DNA of 64,000 nt from Macrostomum lignano (Eukaryota). The position numbers and the translations under genes were made by a program. The stretch is from positions 62,001-126,000 of the forward strand of contig NIVC01000894.1 in assembly GCA_002269645.1 (NCBI GenBank). Direction: 5' to 3'. The stretch's first letter is position 1; the number at the start of each line of letters is the position of its first letter. The notes beneath the pieces were generated by a model. The model was not told the DNA's origin. It did no database searches and was given only the letters and a program-made list of their open reading frames with translations. This document shows positions 38,556 to 64,000 of this stretch, piece by piece.

Positions 38556-41500
38556 TCAATCCAAGTCGGCACCCGTGATGAACTCGCCCTTGTACTGCGA
38601 GTGCCGGATTCCGAAGCTGTGCTTTGGGGCGGCTTTTTTCGAATTGTCGTACACCTGGAAATGAATTGTGAAGTTGAATAGTTATTACTCGTAATTTAGC
38701 TTTTCAGCCTGAAAATATGATTCACCACTAACTTCAATGTGTGTGGCTTTTCCGACTGTCATTGTGGTGGGAAAGCCTAGCGTTCTAAAAATAGTTTTCT
38801 ATCGGATGACGTCACACAAGAGAAGCAAGATCTAAAATGTACACCATTAAGAGTCAACACATTTGGTTTGACTTATTTGCGTACTGAGATTCTATCAACT
38901 GACGTAGAGCCATACAAACGATTGGCTACATGTGAAATTGCTTGTGAAATTGTGCAATACTATATGATAATAGTCCCAAATAAAAATCGGGTGTTAGTGA
39001 CTCACCTTCTCGGGCGAGTGGGCGCCAGGCCCCGGCTTCACGGTGGTGTCCCCTGGCATGGCGTTCCGGCTGGTCATGCTGTAGCTGGGGGCGCTGCTCC
39101 TGTAGTGCGTCGACTGGGTGGTGTTGTAAGCGCCTGGACCCGGAGTCTGCGGATCGTTGCATGTTGGGTTTGAGAGTTCAAGTTTTCAACAAAAGAGAGG
39201 AACGAGGAGAGAGGGGAGAGTGGAGAGAGGAGAGAGGAGAGAAGAGAGGGGAGAGAAGAGAAGAGAGGGGGGAGAGGAGAGAGGAGAGGGAGAGAGAAGA
39301 GAAGAGAGGGAGAGAGGAGAGGGGAGAGGGAGAGGGAGAGGGAGAGAGGAGAGGGAGAGGGGAGAGAGGAGAGAGGAGAGGGAGAGGGGAGAGGGAGAGG
39401 GGAGAGAGGAGAGAGGAGAGAAGAGAGGGGAGAGAAGAGAGAAGAGAGAGGGGGAGGAGAGAGGAGAGGGGAGAGAGAAGAGAAGAGAGGGGAGAGAGGA
39501 GAGGGGAGAGAGAAGAGAAGAGAGGGGAGAGAAGAGAGAAGAGAGGGGGAGAGGAGAGAGGAGAGGGGGGAGAGGAGAGAGGAGAGGGAGAGGGGAGAGG
39601 GGAGAGGGGAGAGGAGAGAGAGGGGATAGAGGAGAGAAGAGAGGGGAGAGAGGAGAGATGAGAGGGAAGAGAAGAGAGGGAGGAGAGAGGAGAGGGGAGA
39701 GAGAAGAGAAGAGAGGGGAGAGAGGAGAGAGGAGAGAGAGGAGAAGAGAGGAGAGAGGGGAGGGGAGAGGGGAGAGGGGAGAGAGAGAGAGGGGAGAGAG
39801 AGAGAGGAAGAAGAGAGGGGAGAGAGAGAGAAGAGAGGGGGAGAGAGAGAGGAGAGAGGGGGAGAGGAGAGAGGAGAGGGGAGAGGGAGAGGGGAGAGGG
39901 GGAGAGGAGAGAGGAGAGGGGATAGAGGAAAGAAGAGAGGGGAGAGAGGAGAGAGGAGAGGGAAGAGAAGAGAGGGGAGAGAGGAGAGAGGAGAGGGGAT
40001 AGAGGAGAGAAGAGAGGGGAGAGAGGAGAGAGGAGAGGGAGAGGGAGAGGGGAGAGAGAGAGGGAGAGAGGAGAGGGGAGAGAAGAGAGAAGAGAGGGGG
40101 GAGTGGAGAGAGGAGAGGGGGAGAGGAGAGAGGAGAGGGAGAGGGGAGAGGGGAGAGAGGAGAGGGGAGAGAGAGAGGGAGAGAGAGGAGAGGGGAGAGG
40201 GGAGAGAGGAGAGAGAGAGGGAGAGGAGAGAGGAGAGAGGAGAGAGGAGAGGGAGAGGGGAAAGGGGAGAGGGGAGAGAGGAGAGAGGAGAGAAGAGAGG
40301 GGAGAGAAGAGAGAAGAGAGGGGGGGGAGGAGAGAGGAGAGGGGAGAGAGAAGAGAAGAGAGGGGAGAGAGGAGAGGGGAGAGAGAAGAGAAGAGAGGGG
40401 AGAGAGGAGAAGGGAGAGAGAGAGGGGAGAGGGGAGAGAGGAGAGAGGAGAGAAGAGAGGGGAGAGAAGAGAGAAGAGAGGGGGAGAGGAGAGAGGAGAG
40501 GGGGAGAGGAGAGAGGAGAGGGAGAGGGGAGAGGGGAGAGGGGAGAGGGGGAGAGGAGAGAGGAGAGGGGATAGAGGAAAGAAGAGAGGGGAGAGAGAGA
40601 GAGGAGAGGGAAGAGAAGAGAGGGAGAGAGGAGAGAGGAGAGGGGATAGAGGAGAGAAGAGAGGGAGAGAGGGAGAGAGGGGAGAGAGGAGAGAGGAGAG
40701 GGAGAGGGGAGAGAGGAGAGGGGAGAGAGGAGAGGGGGAGAGGAGAGAGGAGAGAAGAGAGGGGAGAGAAGAGAGAAGAGAGGGGGAGAGGAGAGAGGAG
40801 AGGGGGGAGAGGAGAGAGGAGAGGGGAGAGGAGAGGGGAGGGAGGAGGATAGAGGAGAGGGATAGAGGAAAGAAGAGGGGAGAGAGGAGAGAGGAGAGGG
40901 AAGAGAAGAGAGGGAGAGAGGAGAGAGGAGAGGGGATAGAGAGAGAAGAGAGGGGAGAGAGGAGAGAGGAGAGGGGAGAGGGGAGAGGGGAGAGGGAGAG
41001 AGGAGAGGGAGAGAGGAGAGGGGAGAGAGGAGAGGAGGAGAGAGAGAGAAGAGAGAAGAGGGGGAGAGGAGAGAGGAGGTGGCAGAGGAGAGAGAGAGGG
41101 GAGAGAGAGAGAAGAGAGGGGGAGAGGAGAGGGAGAGGGGGGAGAGGAGAAGAGGGAGAGGGAGAGGGGAGAGGGGGAGAGGAGAGAGAGAGGGGATAGA
41201 GGAAAGAAGAGAGGGGAGAGAGGAGAGAGGAGAGGGAAGAGAAGAGAGGGGAGAGAGGAGAGAGGAGAGGGATAGAGGAGAGAAGAGAGGGGAGAGGAGA
41301 GAGAGAGGGGAGAGGGGAGAGGGGAGAGAGGGAGAGGGGAGAGAGGAGAGGGGAGAGAGGAGAGGGGAGAGGGGAGAGAGGAGAGGGGAGAGGGAGAGGG
41401 GAGAGAGGAGAGAGAGAGGGGAGAGGGGAGAGGGGAGAGGGGAGAGAGGAGAGGGGAGAGAGGAGAGGGGAGAGAGGAGAGGGAGAGAGAGAGGAGGAGG

Positions 41501-44500
41501 AGAGGGGAGAGGGAGAGGGGAGAGAGGAGAGGGGAGAGAGGAGAGAGGAGAGGGGAGAGGGAGAGAGGAGAGAGGAGAGAGAGGGGAGAGGGAGAGGGGA
41601 GAGAGGAGAGAGGAGAGGGGAGAGGGGAGAGGGGAGAGGGGAGAGAGGAGAGGGGAGAGAGGAGAGAGGAGAGGGGAGAGGGGAGAGGGGAGAGAGGAGA
41701 GAGGAGAGGGGAGAGGGGAGAGGGGAGAGGGGAGAGGGGAGAGGGGAGAGGGGAGAGGGAGAGAGGAGAGGGAGAGAGGAGAGGGAGAGGGAGAGAGGAG
41801 AGAAGAGAGGGGAGAGAGGAGAGAGGAGAGGGGAGAGGGGAGAGGGGAGAGAGGAGAGGGAGAGAGGAGAGGGGAGAGAGGAGAGGGAGAGAGGGGAGAG
41901 GGAGAGGGGAGAGGGAGAGGGAGAGAGGGAGAGGAGAGGGGAGAGGGGAGAGGGGAGAGGGGAGAGAGGAGAGGGGAGAGAGGAGAGGGGAGAGAGGAGA
42001 GGGAGAGAGGAGAGAGGAGAGGGAGAGAGGAGAGATGAGAGGAAGAGAAGAGAGGGGAGAGAGGAGAGAGGAGAGGGGAGAGAGAGAGAAGAGAGGGAGA
42101 GAGGAGGGAGAGAGAAGAGAAGAGAGGGGAGAGAGGAGAGAGGAGAGGGGATAGAGGAGAGAAGAGAGGGGAGAGAGGAGAGAGGAGAGGGGAGAGGGGA
42201 GAGGGGAGAGAGGAGAGGGGGGAGAGGAGAGAGGAGAGAAGAGAGGGGAGAGAAGAGAGAAGAGAGGGGGAGAGGAGAGAGGAGAGGGGGAGAGGAGAGA
42301 GGAGAGGGGAGAGGGAGAGGGGAGGGGAGAGAGGAGAGAGGAGAGGGGATAGAGGAAAGAAGAGAGGGGAGAGAGGAGAGAGGAGAGGGAAGAGAAGAGA
42401 GGGGAGAGAGGAGAGAGGAGAGGGGATAGAGGAGAGAAGAGAGGGGAGAGAGGAGAGAGGAGAGGGGAGAGGGGAGAGGGGAGAGGGAGAGAGGAGAGGG
42501 GAGAGAGGAGAGGGGAGAGAGGAGAGGGGAGAGAGGAGAGGGGAGAGAAGAGAGAAGAGAGGGGGGAGAGGAGAGAGGAGAGTGGGCAGAGGAGAGAGGA
42601 GAGGGGAGAGGGGAGAGAAGAGAGAAGAGAGGGGGGAGAGGAGAGAGGAGAGGGGGGAGAGGAGAGAGGAGAGGGGAGAGGGGAGAGGGGAGAGGGGGGA
42701 GAGGAGAGAGGAGAGGGGATAGAGGAAAGAAGAGAGGGGAGAGAGGAGAGAGGAGAGGGAAGAGAAGAGAGGGGAGAGAGGAGAGAGGAGAGGGGATAGA
42801 GGAGAGAGAGGGGAGAGGGAGAGAGGAGAGGGGAGAGGGAGAGGGGAGAGGAGAGAGAGAGGGGAGAGAGGAGAGGGGAGAGAGGAGAGGGGAGAGGGAG
42901 AGAGGAGAGGGAGAGGGGAGAGGGGAGAGGGGAGAGAGGAGAGGGGAGAGGGGAGAGGGGAGAGGGGAGAGAGGAGAGAGGAGAGAGGAGAGAGGAGAGG
43001 GGAGAGAGGAGAGGGAGAGAGGAGAGAGGAGAGGGGAGAGGGGAGAGGGGAGAGGGGAGAGAGGAGAGGGGAGAGAGGAGAGAGGAGAGGGGAGAGGGGA
43101 GAGAGGAGAGAGGAGAGGGGAGAGGGGAGAGGGGAGAGAGGAGAGGGGAGAGAGGAGAGGGGAGAGGGGAGAGGGGAGAGAGGAGAGAGGAGAGGGAGAG
43201 GGGAGAGGGGAGAGGGGAGAGAGGAGAGGGGAGAGAGGAGAGAGAGAGGGGAGAGGGAGAGGGGAGAGAGGAGAGAGGAGAGGGGAGAGGGGAGAGGGGA
43301 GAGGGAGAGGGGAGAGGGGAGAGGGGAGAGGGAGAGAGGAGAGGGAGAGAGGAGAGGGGAGAGGGGAGAGAGGAGAGGGAGAGGGGAGAGAGGAGAGGGG
43401 AGAGGGGAGAGGGGAGAGGGGAGAGAGGAGAGAGGATTGGGGATAGAGGAGAGTAAAGAAGACACAAGTCTTTATCGGGCTGGATTGCTAATGGTGGATG
43501 CACATTGAATCTTATTGCGGCCATGCCAAGGCATTGATGTATGCATGTATGCATATACATGTATGCTGGTTGGACACAATAACCCAGCCTGGGTGAGAAA
43601 GCACCTCGCCAAATGTCGATAAGTACGCAAAAATTTTCTCAGAGTTGCCAGCGCACCTTCTGCAAATCCTCGTGAAACCCGCCGTTCTTGGAGCGACCCG
43701 TGAGCGAATAGGCCGGTGCTGACTTCTTCTGGCTGCGAATGCTTCTGCCCACCATACTGTCGGGTAAGTAAGCGTTGGGGCCTGTAGGGGTTAAGATGCG
43801 GTTTTTGGAAGGCATACATTCACCATAGCTACTTAAACGATCGTTAGAAATATCATGCTGATTCACTGAGACAACATCCTGAGATACAACAACAACAAAA
43901 GACACAACATCCTGAAAGACACAACAACCTGAAATACAACACCCTGAAAGACACAACACCCTGAAAGACACAACACCCTGAAAGACACAACACCCTGAAA
44001 GACACAACAACCTGAAAGACACAACACCCTGAAAGACACAACAACCTGAAAGACACAACACCCTGAAAGACACACCATCCTGAGATACAACATCCTGAGA
44101 TACAACATCCTGAGATACAACATTCTGAGATACAACATCCTGAGATACAACATCTTGAGACACATCATCCTGACAGACACACCATCCTGAGACACAACAT
44201 CCTGAGATACAACATCCTGAAAGACACAACATCCTGAGATACAACATCCTGAGATACAACATCCTGAGATACAACATCCTGAGATACAACATCCTGAGAT
44301 ACAACATCCTGAGATACAACATCCTGAGATACAACATCCTGAGATACAACATCCTGAGATACAAAATCCTGAGATACAACATCCTGAGATACAACATCCT
44401 GAGATACAACATCCTGAGATACAACATCCTGAGATACAACATCCTGAGATACAACATCCTGAGATACAACATCCTGAGATACAACATCCTGAGATACAAC

Positions 44501-44994
44501 ATCCTGAAAGACACAACATCCTGAAAGACACAACATCCAGAGACACAACATCTTGAGACACCATCCTGAAAGACACACCATCCTGAGACCCTTCAAGACT
44601 CACCAGGCGTGTTGTCAGTCCGGAACTGCTGGTGCCGCATCCCGAAGCTGTAGCTGGGCGCTTTGTCCATTGATGTCGTCTCGGGCCGGTAGGCGCCCGG
44701 TCCCGGAGCCGAGAACGCGGTGCTGTCCCGCGGCCTGCCATATAGGGAGAACTGCGGCGCCGCGTCCCGACCGTCACGATAAGTCTTCTCCTGCGGCATG
44801 TAGCAAGGTCCCGGACTCGAGTCGTCGGCATATTTGCCGTGACGAACGCCGAACGGATATGCCGGGCCGCGGTTGTGTACGGAGCGGGGGTCATGGTGCG
44901 GATGGCCAACCAGGCCGGGTAGGCCGTACTTCGGCCCGGGGCTGCTGTACATGGCGGCCACTGGCCCGCGGGGCTTCGTGTAGTTGTACACCAT
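38556..44994 (-). CDS. ODF3: Outer dense fiber protein 3 / CIMAP1 (SHIPPO-repeat ciliary protein), 251 aa; exons 44994-44604, 43781-43657, 39146-39006, 38654-38556
   Basis: N-terminus KPRGPVAAMYSSPGPKYGLPGLVG..HDP; repeated PGPGAY / APxYS(F/L/M) motifs; C-terminal APKHSFGIRHSQY. Phases 1, 0, 0 are consistent; total 756 nt. Confidence 0.93.
39190..43455. repeat. ~4.3-kb purine-only (GA-rich) intronic tract
   Basis: GAGAG/GGAGAG/GGGGAGA units with very rare T or C; lies in ODF3 intron 2. Confidence 0.97.
43868..44590. repeat. 15-bp (GATACAACATCCTGA) and 18-bp (AAGACACAACA[C/T]CCTGA) minisatellite in ODF3 intron 1
   Basis: Direct reading. Confidence 0.93.
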
Positions 44995-47908
44995 TATTGA
45001 ATTGCTTTCTTGACTAGACTTGTCGGCTAACTTGGGAGGCTGGATTAATCCTGACGATTATAGAGCATGAAGAAAATTATGTCGATTTGAAATTCAAAAT
45101 GAAATTGCTAACTGTCTGGTTATTTGACTCTCGAATTGAACGAACCAAAAAAATCCTTTCATTAAAAAAATCTAATAAAATTAAATCTAATTATTCATTC
45201 TTAAACATTAAACTAAAAAACTTCTCAAGCATTTGGTTTTGCTGCCATGACAAAAAAATAGCTAGCTTTGACATTATATATTATTGCTATTTATTTACTG
45301 TTAATACTAATTTAAAAATAAATTTAAATTTCTTAAAAGACTCGAATGTGATTTTAAAGTGAAGTTTTCAATTTAGACACTAAAAGCACAAAATCTTAGC
45401 TCATATACTTAAATCTTAAATCCAATCGAAATTTTGAAAGATAAAAGTAATACGAGTACTTTCTGGTAATAGTTAACTGCAGCCTCGTCATTTCTTTTAC
45501 TCCAAAAAGGATGTTTATCTCTTATAAAATATACACAGTATATTACATAACGGTAAAGAAATATTACTAAATTTCTAGCTTATCTATCTAAAACATATTA
45601 AGTGCAAATTGTAGGAACTGCAGACACTTTGACTTAAGCTTATAAGGAAGCCAAACCAGCTACCACGTGACGACATGTTGTAACTGACAGCTTTACGCGT
45701 CGATAATCTTGACGAGTTTTCATGCTTAGCTATCCACACTAAGTGTGTTTGTTTCGCTTCTCTAGAGCAAGAAACCAACGCTCGATCAAGTGAAAAAAGA
45801 ACTTCAAAAATTGTAGCTTTAAGCTCTTTGAGAGGACCCCCTGTTGCTACCACGCCGACAAAGTCATTATAAATAACCTTTATAACGTAATTATTTTCTA
45901 TCGTATATTTTTTGCCATTAATTTTACAAGTTTAATTATATTTTACTCACTATATTTAAATTCTGTTCGTTCAGTTTGTTTTAATTTAATATGTGAAGCG
46001 ACAAATCCCGCTAAATGACTGTGGTAACTACCATTTTTAATAAATTTAAATTCCTAATCGAGTCAGATAGAGTTTAACTTAGTTTTAATTTAAAATAAAA
46101 CATCTTAGCTCATGACCTAAATCTTGAACTTAATCGTTATTTAAAGAAATTAAAGTTCAAATGATTATTTTCAATCTGTATATATGGCCGAATTTAATTT
46201 TTTTGAAACTAAAAGATTCATGAAGTGATCAACTAGAAGTTATACAATTCATAATAGCTCATGTTTCCTACACAATGTAAGCGAAATTCAAGCAAACTTA
46301 ATTTAAATTGCATGTCCAGCTAAGCATTGACGCGCATGCCGTCATCTATACAGATGTACATGTACATGCACATGTAATTAGGTAGCCAGCTACTCAGCAT
46401 TTCTCTAACTTTTCAATTTTTCGAATGGAATTATCATCCTAAGTGTTGTAAGACAGTGTTGGAAAGCCCGTGTTTGTAGTACGAGACAGATCCCCAAGCT
46501 TGAACCGACATCCGTAACCTTATTGCAGCTATTTTATAATTCTGGGTTAGCTTTTCGTTATTAAATTAGATATTTTATTCATGCTTTTGTTTCTTAAATA
46601 TACAAGCATTAGAACTACGACATTGCGAATTAGCGAGCTATGAGTATCGATCGGCATCTGCGTATTTTAAATATTTCAGATTATTTACATGTACGAGTAT
46701 ATGTACGAGTATATCTCATTTCACCCAATCAAATCCTCAATTTCACTTAATTTGAAGGGGTACATGAATTTCATCCCGAGGGACGCCATTTCGTTTTAGG
46801 GGGCGCTATTTCATTTGAGAGAAGCGTACCCATTTTATTTGAGAGGGTGCCATTTCATATAGGAGCGGATGTGCTATTCTTGAGAAGGGTGCCATATCAA
46901 ATGAGAGAGGCGTCATTTTATATTATGGGACGCCATTTACTATGAGAGAGGGCCGCGCCGTTTAATTTGACAGGGGCGCCTTTTCATATCGGATCGGAGG
47001 GGCGCCATTCCATATTTCTTTCCCTATGTCCCAATTGTCTTTAACACGATACCCACTAAAGAAAAATGCACTGGCAAGACCAAGAGGCAGGCACAGGAGA
47101 CCGGCTACCATTGGACGAACTGCTTTGGCCCGAAGCTGCGGATTGGTTGGTTCGACTACTGTTGCCTGAGTTGGCAGACCACTAGACCCTTCTCTAACCA
47201 TAAGGGAGGGTCCTGCCCCGCTACCCCGCAAGCACAACTCCCTCTCGCTCAGGTCCTGTTAGGGCCAAAGGTCTCGCGCGGGACATTAAAGTTTTAGACG
47301 ACCCCTGCATGCAGCTCCAGTCGGTGTCCTTCCGCCATTAAACTCGCTCCGCTCTCTGAAGGTGAATCGCATTCAACTATTTACTCACTGGTGAGAAAAA
47401 AATTACCAACGTGCGGCTCAAACCGACTGAGAGCCAAAGAGAAATAAAGAAAGAGGAGAAAATCTCCCACAACGACACGACGGGCGGTATACAAAGACGC
47501 GATAAAAAATCCTCTTGACCCGCGGCCCCAACATCTCCTATTAGTCATACGGCTTGAGCAGGTTGCCTACAGACTCAACTATAATGATAATAACGGCAGT
47601 GCCAAGCCCTGCTCACAGCCTCAACAGTTGAGTCTGACAGCACCCCCCCCCCCTACTCCAAGCAATTATTTACCTGCGGTCCAACTGGCAGAAGGTGACA
47701 ATCGCCTGTTTGCATAGCCGGGCCGATTCAAAAAGTTTAAAAAATTAAATTACACAACGCCGTTCTGAGCAAAGTTCAAAGAAGAAGAAAACGAGACGCC
47801 GCCAAGGTCCCAGCGGCCAGGTTGAGAACGCATCAAAAGGCGATGCCCGGATTGCCGTCCCAGCCGTCAAAGGTGACAACTGCAGCGGTGTTTAGCGAGT
47901 CGGCTAAG

Positions 47909-62773
<14,865 letters not shown>

Positions 62774-63034
62774 AAAAAAACACAAAACTTGAAAAAGCTT
62801 TGTCAACTGCTGCATTAAATTTGCCGCTGAAGGGTCCAAATTGTAATGGGGTGTGGATGAGTTGTGGACTTACATTGCTTTGTTAGTTAGTTAGTTGGCG
62901 GGTTTGCTGTTAAGAGAATATTATTAGCAAACCCAGGTAGTAATTATAGGTTTATACACGTAATGCTAATGAAATTACTTAAAATGCACTAGAAAGTGCG
63001 TCTTAAGAACGAATGATAAGAGATAAAGAGGATG

Positions 63035-63930
63035 GAGAAATGGAGAGAGAGAGAGGGGGGAGAGGGAGAGAGAGGGAGAGGGAGAGAGGGAGAGAGGGAG
63101 AGAGAGAGGGAGAGAAGGAGAGAAGGAGAGAGGGAGAGTGGGAGAGGGAAGAGGGAGAAAGGGAGAGGGAGAGAGTGAGAGAGGGCGAAAGGGAGAGAGG
63201 GGGAGAGGGAGAAAGGGAGAGAGGGAGAAAGGGAGAGAGGGAGAGAGGGAGAGAGGGAGAGAGGGAGAGAGAGAGGGAGAGAAGGAGAGAAGGAGAGAGG
63301 GAGAGTGGGAGAGGGAAGAGGGAGAAAGGGAGAGGGAGAGAGTGAGAGAGGGCGAAAGGGAGAGAGGGAGAGAGGGAGAAAGGGAGAGAGGGAGAGAGGG
63401 AGAGAGGGAGAGAGGGAGAGAGGGAGAGAGAGAGAAGGAGAGAAGGAGAGAAGGAGAGAGGGAGAGTGGGAGAAAGGGAGAGAGGGAGAGAGGGAGTGAG
63501 GGAGAGAGGGAGAGAGGGAGAGAGAGAGAGGGAGAGAAGGAGAGAAGGAGAGAGGGAGAGTGGGAGAAAGGGAGAGAGGGAGAGTGGGAGAGAGGGAGAG
63601 AGGGAGAGAGAGAGAGGGAGAGAAGGAGAGAAGGAGAGAAGGAGAGAGGGAGAGTGGGAGAAAGGAGAGAGGGAGAGAGGGAGTGAGGGAGAGAGGGAGA
63701 GAGGGAGAGAGAGAGAGGGAGAGAAGGAGAGAAGGAGAGAGGGAGAGTGGGAGAGGGAAGAGGGAGAAAGGGAGAGGAAGAGAGTGAGAGAGGGCGAAAG
63801 GGAGAGAGGGAGAGAGGGAGAAAGGGAGAGAGGGAGAGAGGGAGAGAGGGAGAGAGGGAGAGAGGGAGATGGAGAGAGGGAGATGGAGAGAGGGAGATGG
63901 AGAGAGGAGATGGAGAGAGTGAGACAGGGA
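63035..63930. repeat. GA-rich purine tract
   Basis: GGGAGAGA-type units. Confidence 0.95.
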
Positions 63931-64000
63931 ATGTCAGGAGAGGCAAATGTAGGAACATTTCGCGGGATCTAACGGTGAGCAAGATGGTGAGCCAAATGCA

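Noticed and set aside
39074-43560. 1,460-aa SPL-rich and ER/G-rich ORFs, and similar ORFs at 23-757, 43639-44909, 55125-57337, 60809-62554 and 62975-63982
   Set aside because: They are translations of micro- and minisatellites lying in introns or intergenic DNA.

Overview
Eukaryotic (animal) genomic DNA: GC-rich spliced exons separated by short GT-AG introns or by introns filled with micro- and minisatellites. Gene content and repeat style suggest a free-living flatworm such as Macrostomum; this is inference and was not checked. Left to right: (1) two tandem minus-strand caspase paralogues. The second appears to splice in frame to an upstream N-myristoylation-motif ankyrin-repeat region, giving a ~792-aa ANK-caspase with a QACRT active site. 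(2) A two-exon synaptotagmin-like gene with degenerate Ca2+ ligands. (3) Unidentified minus-strand exon-like pieces around a 1.4-kb GATA array. (4) A 7-exon plus-strand gene for a ~3,906-aa secreted protein: signal peptide, F-type (fucose) lectin domain, two SUEL/rhamnose-binding lectin domains and ~2,900 aa of KRRAA/IRRRRLA polycationic repeats. (5) A beta-propeller-like gene with an RTE LINE relic in an intron. (6) A complete ODF3/CIMAP1-family gene. (7) An ephrin gene whose 10-kb first intron holds MO25/CAB39-like exons, the clearest of them enclosed by mirror-image 30-bp-unit inverted repeat arms. Two copies of a tRNA-headed CORE-like SINE and many tandem repeats are also present. All exon models were assembled and translated by hand and have no transcript support.
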